IMG/VR virus record: IMGVR_UViG_3300020045_004371 | Span: 1 to 34,862 of that record | Origin: a virus | Lineage: Duplodnaviria > Caudoviricetes | DNA: 34,862 nucleotides | Reading direction: 5' to 3' (one strand) | In this document: piece by piece, positions 28,523-34,862 of the stretch | How positions within the stretch are numbered: position 1 is the stretch's first letter | Layout: each line of letters begins with the position of its first letter | Made by a program: the position numbers and the translations under genes | The notes under the pieces: generated by a model | Database searches by the model: none | Told to the model about the DNA's origin: nothing | Seen by the model: the letters and a program-made list of their open reading frames with translations, nothing else

Positions 28523-28771
28523 ATGGCATACATACTAAACACTCTAATAGCAATTGACCAACTCGTTAACGTTGTTATATGCAATGGCTCACCTGATGAA
28601 ACGATGAGCAGTGTTGCTTATCGTATGGAAAGGGATGGAAGGTTCTGGGGCTTTATGCGTCCAGTAATCGACTTCATCTTTGCACCTTTTGAAAGTGAGC
28701 ATTGTTATACGTCGTATGTTGCAGAGGTGCATCAGAAGCACCAATCGGTTGAAGTGGTGATAAATAGATAA
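28523..28771 (+). CDS. Conserved small phage protein
   Basis: LIAIDQLVN....G.PDETMSS..YR...IDFIF....HC pattern. Confidence 0.7.
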   Translation: MAYILNTLIAIDQLVNVVICNGSPDETMSSVAYRMERDGRFWGFMRPVIDFIFAPFESEHCYTSYVAEVHQKHQSVEVVINR

Positions 28772-28784
28772 AAAGTAGACAACT

Positions 28785-29153
28785 ATGAGCAACATCACCA
28801 ATATAACTATGGATCAGGGTAGCAGCTATTCTTATACATTCACACTGGTTAATCCAGATAACTCAGCTTTTGACTTAACTGGCTTCGATGCTCGGTTGCA
28901 CGTGCGTCGTAGTTACGGCAATAGCTCGGTCCTTATCGATTGCACAGTCGCAAATAGTAAGTTGACAATTACTCCGTTACTTGGAACGGTTGTGTTATCT
29001 CTTGCTCCATCGGATACATCGGATATTGCATTTAATAGTAAGGACGACGATTCACTTGATAGCGTCTACGACTTGGAGATTGTTAGTCCAGCAAGTAAGG
29101 TATATAAGCCAGCACGTGGAACTTTAACACTCACTCGTGAAGTCACTCGTTGA
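28785..29153 (+). CDS. Ig-like virion protein (LtfC/BppU-N-like fibre attachment)
   Basis: ITMDQGSSY, FDLTGFDARLHVRRSY, VYDLEI...RGTLTLTREVTR. Confidence 0.7.
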   Translation: MSNITNITMDQGSSYSYTFTLVNPDNSAFDLTGFDARLHVRRSYGNSSVLIDCTVANSKLTITPLLGTVVLSLAPSDTSDIAFNSKDDDSLDSVYDLEIVSPASKVYKPARGTLTLTREVTR

Positions 29154-29214
29154 TACTGAAGGCGGGGTTGGTATAAATAAGAAGTACCCATAACAATAAC
29201 GGGAGTCTTCTTAC

Positions 29215-29622
29215 ATGCCAGCTTCATACTACCTTTCCAATGCGCTACTTGGTCACCAACTAGGCAAAACCGCTTACACAATGCCAACTGTGTATGTAGG
29301 TCTATCTTCGACAACACCAGCACAAGGTGCTCCAGTAACCAACGTTACTGAGCCATCTGGCGGTGCTTACGCTCGGGTTGCTACCTCTGGTGCAACATGG
29401 GCAACTCCTGCTGCCGGTGCCGTATCCAATGCAGCTGCTATTACTTTCCCAACAGCAACTGCTGATTGGGCATCTGCTGCTAACTTAACTTATGGCGTAC
29501 TTTACGACGCTATCACCGGTGGCAACATTCTAGGATACGGTGTTTTAACCGTTGCTAAGAATGTATTGAACGGTGATACAGCTTCAATCGCAATTGGCGG
29601 ATTGACAGTTACTATTTCCTAA
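29215..29622 (+). CDS. Virion structural protein of accessory fibre module
   Basis: YLSNALL, YVGL..T.P, E.SGGAYARV, N.AAITFP.AT..W, LYDA.TGGN.L conserved pattern. Confidence 0.75.
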   Translation: MPASYYLSNALLGHQLGKTAYTMPTVYVGLSSTTPAQGAPVTNVTEPSGGAYARVATSGATWATPAAGAVSNAAAITFPTATADWASAANLTYGVLYDAITGGNILGYGVLTVAKNVLNGDTASIAIGGLTVTIS

Positions 29623-29693
29623 TCCATTAACGGGTGGTTTACACCCGTATTCCACCTTGTTCAGAATAAAAACGCAAAACAAGGAGGCCGTTA

Positions 29694-30620
29694 ATGGCAA
29701 TCAAGCACCTTTTTACAAGTGCATTAAGTGATGGACCCGATCCAACACTAATCCAGCCATCAAACTGGAATTCAAATCACATTATTGACAGCGAAATAAC
29801 AATCCCTGTCGTATCTTCTCCAGCAGCACCAGCAACTGGATATTTCAACTTCTTCGCAAAGTCGCAAGGTGGGCGTGCAATGCCTGCATTCATTGGCCCA
29901 TCGGGCCTTGATAGCGTATTGCAACCACACATGGCTAAGAATGGTTGGGCGGAATGGAAGCCCGCTGGCACAGGCACAACAGTTTCAACAACAGGCGCGG
30001 CGGCGCTGACTGCAACAGGTACGGCTACTGCTGCTGTGTATGCAACAACAAGCCTTCACACTCGCTGCGCTCGCATTGACTACTTAGTTACTACTGCTGC
30101 TACTACTGCCGTAGCTGGCTATCGTATCGCTACAAATGCGTATCGAAGGACCGACGGCTTTCATCACATTTTTCGCGTTGCTCCTGCAACTGGTGGCACT
30201 GTTGCTACTGGACGTTTCTTCTGCGGCGTGAGTACTTCAACTTCAGCACCAACAGACGTTAATCCTGGCACGCTAACTAACACATGTGGCGTTGGCTATG
30301 CAAAGGGAACAGACACTAACTGGCAGATTTATTTTGGTGGTACTGCTGTTGCTAAGGTTGATACAGGCATGGCAGTTCCAACCACAGATCGTCCTGGTCC
30401 GTACACGGTTGTTATCTTCACGCCCCCAGGTGGCTCATACATTGGTGTTCGCTTTACTGACGAAACAACTGGTGTTTCTTACGAAACTACTACTACAACA
30501 TCAACAAATATGTTGGCTGCAACTACTGCTTGTGGTCCACGTGCTTATCACTCTGTTGGCGGCACATCAAGTGTTGTCGGACTAACGCTATTTAATGGTT
30601 ACATGGAGACAGACAACTAA
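29694..30620 (+). CDS. Putative fibre/adhesin protein
   Basis: AGGAGG RBS; IKH.F.S...DG.D.TLIQPSNWN..H N-terminus; Thr/Ala/Gly-rich beta domain. Confidence 0.7.
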   Translation: MAIKHLFTSALSDGPDPTLIQPSNWNSNHIIDSEITIPVVSSPAAPATGYFNFFAKSQGGRAMPAFIGPSGLDSVLQPHMAKNGWAEWKPAGTGTTVSTTGAAALTATGTATAAVYATTSLHTRCARIDYLVTTAATTAVAGYRIATNAYRRTDGFHHIFRVAPATGGTVATGRFFCGVSTSTSAPTDVNPGTLTNTCGVGYAKGTDTNWQIYFGGTAVAKVDTGMAVPTTDRPGPYTVVIFTPPGGSYIGVRFTDETTGVSYETTTTTSTNMLAATTACGPRAYHSVGGTSSVVGLTLFNGYMETDN

Positions 30621-30621
30621 A

Positions 30622-31035
30622 ATGACTTATACCTTATACATTAATCAAGGCATCGTAATTCGTGATGCTGACTTGAAACAAGTTTCACCAGCGCAATCAA
30701 TGGATGATCCAGATTTCCTAGAATACAACGAATGGGCTATTGCTGGTGGGCATCCTAATATTGATGTTCAAGAAGATGCCGTAGTAGCATCGCGTGAATT
30801 GTCTAAGCTTGAATTCCGCAAACGCTTTACTTTACAAGAACGTATGGCGTTGGATGGCGCACCAGATAATCAATCGTTGCCTGCTGATGCTCGTGCAGCA
30901 ATGAAAACATTGCTTACTGATCTATCACTTGCAGAGAACGTTAATTTAGACGATCCAGATACGGTTTACGGAGTTAACTTCTTAGCAACTTTAGGATTAA
31001 TAGACTCTACACGTATTGCTGTCATATTAGGATAA
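30622..31035 (+). CDS. Putative fibre assembly chaperone
   Basis: GGAG RBS; EYNEW...GG.P and LSKLEFRKRFTLQER...VNLDDPDT..G...L...GLI...R...IL patterns. Confidence 0.65.
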   Translation: MTYTLYINQGIVIRDADLKQVSPAQSMDDPDFLEYNEWAIAGGHPNIDVQEDAVVASRELSKLEFRKRFTLQERMALDGAPDNQSLPADARAAMKTLLTDLSLAENVNLDDPDTVYGVNFLATLGLIDSTRIAVILG

Positions 31036-31041
31036 CAACTA

Positions 31042-33429
31042 ATGGCAATCACGATTGTTAACAGTTATTCGGCAATAATTGGGTATGACACCATACTAAC
31101 CCAAGTTATAACTGCTCCTGCTGTTGGTAACAGCATTATTGTCATCGCTACAAATGCTAATAGTCCAGCACTCTTTACTTCAGTCACAAATAATCTTAGT
31201 GAAAGTGCAGTTGTTGACTCATATAATGCTGATGCTTGTACCCGTATATGCAGATTTAGTAATGTTGGCGCAGGTATAACAAGCATTTCCCTTAATGCTT
31301 CAACTAATGACACCTTGGCGATGGTTGTTTTAGAAGTTGCAGGAATGGCTGATGCTGGTCCGTCATTTTCTGTATCTCCTGTTGGTGCTAGTGGATATAG
31401 TTCCACTCACGTATATCCAGTTACATTGCCTGCGGCGGGTGAACTTATAGTTGGTGCTCGTACTGACAGTAACGATTCACTAATTACTTCATCTACACCT
31501 GTCTACACCTATGTTCATGATGCTTACGGAATTAATGCTTTATATGGGGTTGTATCTACAGCAGGGTCGCAGAATATAACAATTAATGCGGATGGTTCAG
31601 TTAGCGAACCAACCCTAATGCTTGCAACCTATGCGGCTTATGTTGCTGATGGTACTGGTGCATTTGATAGCAGTGGTTTTTACAATGGCGCGTTCTTTTG
31701 TCCAGCAGTTGTAGGCGGGGTTGTTAAGACTGTTACCTTCTCAATTGCAGAGAGTGAGGTACTTTCAAAGGCGTTCTTACGCTCCCGCCGTGTTGGATAT
31801 TCGTTTAGTGCAGTTGAATCTGTTTCTAGTGCACTGGCTAGATCGAGGCCACTAGCTCTTTCAATTGTAGAAGTAGAGACATTAGCAAATTCTTTGGTAA
31901 GAGCAAAGAATTTAAGTTCCTCAATCTCAGAAATTGAATCAATTATTGCTTCATTTATTAAGATTAAGAATGTATCACTAACAGTAGTAGAAGTAGAGTC
32001 GCTATCCCATTCGGTTAAACGTGCTAGAAATGATGCGCTTGCTATAAGTGAAATAATTGTTGATGCATTTAATGTTGTTCGTCCTTTCCGTTCGTTGGTT
32101 GCTCCATTGGCTGTGAATATTGCCAATGCCATGTCAATTAAACGTGCTAGACATGTAGTGATGACATTGGCAGAAGCCGAAAGCATAGTCGCTAATATTA
32201 TTAGATCAAGAAAGATCACTGCGTCACTTATTGAAAGCATTGTTTTCAGTATTGATGGTATTGGTGTTCCGTTTAAACAAATTGCATTCTCTCTAGGTGA
32301 GGTTGAATCAATTGTTGTAAACGCAATTCGTGCTAGAAAGTTGATCTACTCGATGGCAGAAACCGAGGCTATAGCACTTGTGGTGCTGAATAGAGTTAGG
32401 CCACTGAATACCTCACTGGTGGAAACAACATCCAATAGCGGAGCAATAGTTAGAAATCGTGAAACATCGTTGGCAGTAAATGAGTTATCCATCATCACCG
32501 GGTCGCTTGCAAGGGTGAAGCAGGTTGCGTTGGTACTTGCGGAGACATACGGCTACACATTCAGCACGGTCAAAGTCAAGATGCTTACTGCTGCGATTAC
32601 GGAACTTGAGACACATTCGTTTGGTGCGATCCGCAGGACTCGTAACGTAGTGGGCGCACTGGCGGAAGTCACCGCGTTTGCATCCGCTCTACGACGCACT
32701 AGAACCGTGGCTGTAAGCGTTGCAGAGACAGAGACGCTAAGTTATGCGTTGAACCGTGTTCGTGCGCTGCAAACGACGTTAAGCGAAGTGGAGGGCGTCA
32801 CTGTTGCGTTGGCTCGCAGGAAGCAGATGGCGCTGGCTGTTGCTGAATTGGAAACTCTGGGTGCATCGTTGGCCAGGTTGAAACTGTGTGCCTTCGTAGC
32901 AGCGCAAACAGAGAGTTCTGCATTCTGGATGAACCGTGCACGTAAGGTGAACTGCACTGTGGCAGAAGTCGAGTCAATTACGGAAAGTTTCAACAGGGCG
33001 AGGGCGTTTGTGCTACCTATTGGCGAAACTGAGTCTTTCACAATCAACTTCGGAAGAATGCGAACACAGTTGGCTAACATCGTCCAGGTACTAGGCGTTA
33101 GCGCTGCTCTGAATAGAGTGCTAACTTTGGTCCAAAGTATTTCGAATACGACTGGCTATAATTTCACCATTACTAGGACCAGTTCTGATCCACACGTATT
33201 GCGCGTTATAGTTAATTGGCAAGAGTGGCAGACTATTGGTGCAGTGCAGAAGTTGGTAAACATGAGCGAGACGCTAATCAGTTACCACAAGGACGGAAGC
33301 TCTGTCGGTGTGCCAATTGGCGACGTCTCTACTAGTATTGTGCCATTCGTTTATTCAACAGACGGAAGCTCTATTGGTGTACCAATCGGCGATGGTTCCG
33401 ATATCATAATCCCACTTGGAGTACTGTAG
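31042..33429 (+). CDS. Large repeat-containing putative virion fibre protein
   Basis: N-terminal beta domain, GAFDSSGFYNGAF linker, ~24 repeats of ~20 aa (RxRxxxxxxxExE), duplicated DGSSxGVPIGD at C-terminus. Confidence 0.7.
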   Translation: MAITIVNSYSAIIGYDTILTQVITAPAVGNSIIVIATNANSPALFTSVTNNLSESAVVDSYNADACTRICRFSNVGAGITSISLNASTNDTLAMVVLEVAGMADAGPSFSVSPVGASGYSSTHVYPVTLPAAGELIVGARTDSNDSLITSSTPVYTYVHDAYGINALYGVVSTAGSQNITINADGSVSEPTLMLATYAAYVADGTGAFDSSGFYNGAFFCPAVVGGVVKTVTFSIAESEVLSKAFLRSRRVGYSFSAVESVSSALARSRPLALSIVEVETLANSLVRAKNLSSSISEIESIIASFIKIKNVSLTVVEVESLSHSVKRARNDALAISEIIVDAFNVVRPFRSLVAPLAVNIANAMSIKRARHVVMTLAEAESIVANIIRSRKITASLIESIVFSIDGIGVPFKQIAFSLGEVESIVVNAIRARKLIYSMAETEAIALVVLNRVRPLNTSLVETTSNSGAIVRNRETSLAVNELSIITGSLARVKQVALVLAETYGYTFSTVKVKMLTAAITELETHSFGAIRRTRNVVGALAEVTAFASALRRTRTVAVSVAETETLSYALNRVRALQTTLSEVEGVTVALARRKQMALAVAELETLGASLARLKLCAFVAAQTESSAFWMNRARKVNCTVAEVESITESFNRARAFVLPIGETESFTINFGRMRTQLANIVQVLGVSAALNRVLTLVQSISNTTGYNFTITRTSSDPHVLRVIVNWQEWQTIGAVQKLVNMSETLISYHKDGSSVGVPIGDVSTSIVPFVYSTDGSSIGVPIGDGSDIIIPLGVL

Positions 33430-33500
33430 CTTTTCTAATTAAACCAATTGTCAAACACATAAGTCGTAATAGATGATTAGCTTTTCATCAAAGGGCTTAT

Positions 33501-33764
33501 ATGTTCAAACTTGGTCAAACAGTAATTACTCGCAATGCAATGTCGGTGTGTGCTGAATTCAATATCGACCCAATAGTGATGTTGGCTCGGCACTCCAGAC
33601 GCGATTGGGGAGACTTGGATAAAGAAGATAAATTACTGAATGATTTGGCTTTGAAACAGGGCGACAGATTGCTATCCAAGTACGTCTATTCAAAGCAGTC
33701 GTTTTATGTCATTACTGAATACGACCGCAGCATAACTACAGTTATGATGTGCAGTGACTACTAG
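33501..33764 (+). CDS. Conserved plasmid/ICE-type small protein of unknown function
   Basis: FKLGQTVIT, RH...DWGDL..ED...N..A...G.RLLS.Y, ITE.DRS.TT......Y family pattern. Confidence 0.75.
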   Translation: MFKLGQTVITRNAMSVCAEFNIDPIVMLARHSRRDWGDLDKEDKLLNDLALKQGDRLLSKYVYSKQSFYVITEYDRSITTVMMCSDY

Positions 33765-33767
33765 ACC

Positions 33768-34130
33768 GATATCAGTGAAAAATCAGATCATCACTTCAGA
33801 ACGATCAGCGTTATCAGTTTTCACATCAGTACTGACCACACTCGTCAAATGCTAGCGACTTACGCATGCAATCCAAGTCAGTCGAGAGGGCGAAGACACG
33901 CGGAACTCGTTGATTTTAAAGGGAATTATTTTTCCGACGACCGTGACCGCATCGTTCACTCCACGGCCTTCAGGCGCCTGGTCTACAAAACCCAGGTTTA
34001 ACAGACTCATCAAATCCCCCCAGCAGGACACTTATAACTCCTTGATTTTATTTGGGTACAACTGACCAAGTACCAGTTCTGCTGCGGGATTTGGAGTTGT
34101 TCAATTACTCAGTTTTCACATCAGTACCAA
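33768..34130. other. Putative attP (core inside a dgt-like segment, two IHF sites, arm-type repeats)
   Basis: 19-bp direct repeat TCAGTTTTCACATCAGTAC at 33814 and 34109; IHF-like sites at 33903-33915 and 34035-34047; host-like high-GC segment ~33939-33998. Confidence 0.8.
33849..34001 (+). pseudogene. dgt: 5' fragment of dGTP triphosphohydrolase gene (replacement N-terminus carried in attP), 50 aa
   Basis: [50 protein letters not shown]; the DRDRIxHSxAFRRLxxKTQV signature and LAxYA...SRGR are the Dgt N-terminus. Confidence 0.9.
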
Positions 34131-34228
34131 TTCACCTAGTTTTCTTGATCAGCGCGATACCTGCAATCACGCACTACGCTTTATAAATAAGACGTAGGCT
34201 AAAACAAAAATAACAATAAAGGTGAAGT

Positions 34229-34564
34229 ATGAATTGGGAACTAGTTTGGGTAGCGTTAGCTGCAATCATTCCTGCATTGAGCTTGCTTGCTGGGCTATTT
34301 ACATTTATTCGAAAACAAGACATGGGCTTAATAAGTAGTAAGCACGATGCATTGAATACTGATGTAAGAGAGCAGATGAGCAAGTTACACAATGAAGTAA
34401 AGCTAAAGCTATATGAGGCTGAATTCAGACGTTACGAGGATCGTAGCGATAAACAGTTTAATCAGATCATCGATAGCAATGAAGCTCTCAAGGATAAGAT
34501 TGAGGAGAAGTTTGAACGCATCTTCCTTCTGCTAACTCGTCGTAGAACAGACCATGATGATTAA
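34229..34564 (+). CDS. Single-TM coiled-coil protein (lysis-region type)
   Basis: N-terminal TM helix then coiled coil; TATAAATA at 34182; AAGGTG RBS. Confidence 0.7.
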   Translation: MNWELVWVALAAIIPALSLLAGLFTFIRKQDMGLISSKHDALNTDVREQMSKLHNEVKLKLYEAEFRRYEDRSDKQFNQIIDSNEALKDKIEEKFERIFLLLTRRRTDHDD

Positions 34565-34772
34565 TGACTTATTCACAGGCACAGATGGAGTAACACATGA
34601 TCCAGCTCGCTGGCTATGGATAATTGGTGTGATTGCATTTCTAGCGCTGTCTGTATTCCAGGTCTACAAGACTGGAGCATTTGACATGGCTAGCTTTGGA
34701 TTGGCGTACAGTGGACTATTAGCAGGTGGTGCAGCTGGCGTAAAAATAAAAGAGAGTACAGAACCAAAATAA
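34554..34772 (+). CDS. Holin-like two-TM protein
   Basis: 72 aa, two hydrophobic segments, charged C-terminus, tandem Met start. Confidence 0.6.
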   Translation: MMINDLFTGTDGVTHDPARWLWIIGVIAFLALSVFQVYKTGAFDMASFGLAYSGLLAGGAAGVKIKESTEPK

Positions 34773-34862
34773 AAAAAGGCCCATTAAGGGCCTTTACTGT
34801 TTGCGTAATCGATTAGTCCTGATAGCTGGTCAATCTTCCATTTTCGAAGTACAAGTAGCTTC
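34742..34862. repeat. Terminal direct repeat (circular assembly overlap), copy 2
   Basis: Identical to 1-121. Confidence 0.95.

Noticed and set aside
31065-33080. Long antisense ORFs in the repeat protein gene
   Set aside because: Shadows of the sense-strand codon bias and repeats; no RBS or independent features.
33292-33394. DGR template/variable repeat pair (DGSSxGVPIGD duplicated)
   Set aside because: Only ~34 nt, both in frame within one gene, differences are mostly synonymous and not adenine-specific, and there is no reverse transcriptase.
34742-34862. Biological terminal repeat of the virion DNA
   Set aside because: A 121-nt exact overlap starting mid-gene is more simply an assembler k-mer overlap of a circular contig.

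Overview
The window is a complete circular genome of about 34,741 bp (bases 1-121 are repeated at 34742-34862) from a temperate siphovirus-type phage, probably of a Betaproteobacterial (Burkholderiales-like) host. It encodes a tyrosine integrase, an AEP primase plus SF3/D5-like helicase, an H-NS homologue, an HNH/AP2 protein, a ~1.3 kb repeat-rich origin-like region, terminase/portal/scaffold/capsid genes, a lambda-like tail (TMP, M, L, K, I, J), an accessory fibre module and two small membrane proteins. Main points of interest: (1) most transcription units are preceded by a T4-late-promoter-like NATAAATA/NATAAGTA box, yet I see no sigma factor, CI-type repressor, endolysin or spanin, suggesting a prophage switched on by, and dependent on, a T4-like helper phage; (2) the likely attP carries a phage-built replacement 5' end of the host dGTPase gene dgt, flanked by IHF sites and 19-bp arm repeats; (3) the tail chaperone appears to use a +1 frameshift at UUU-CGG; (4) the origin repeat motif reappears as an inverted pair in attP. 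All calls come from reading the sequence and recalled family motifs; no database searches were run.
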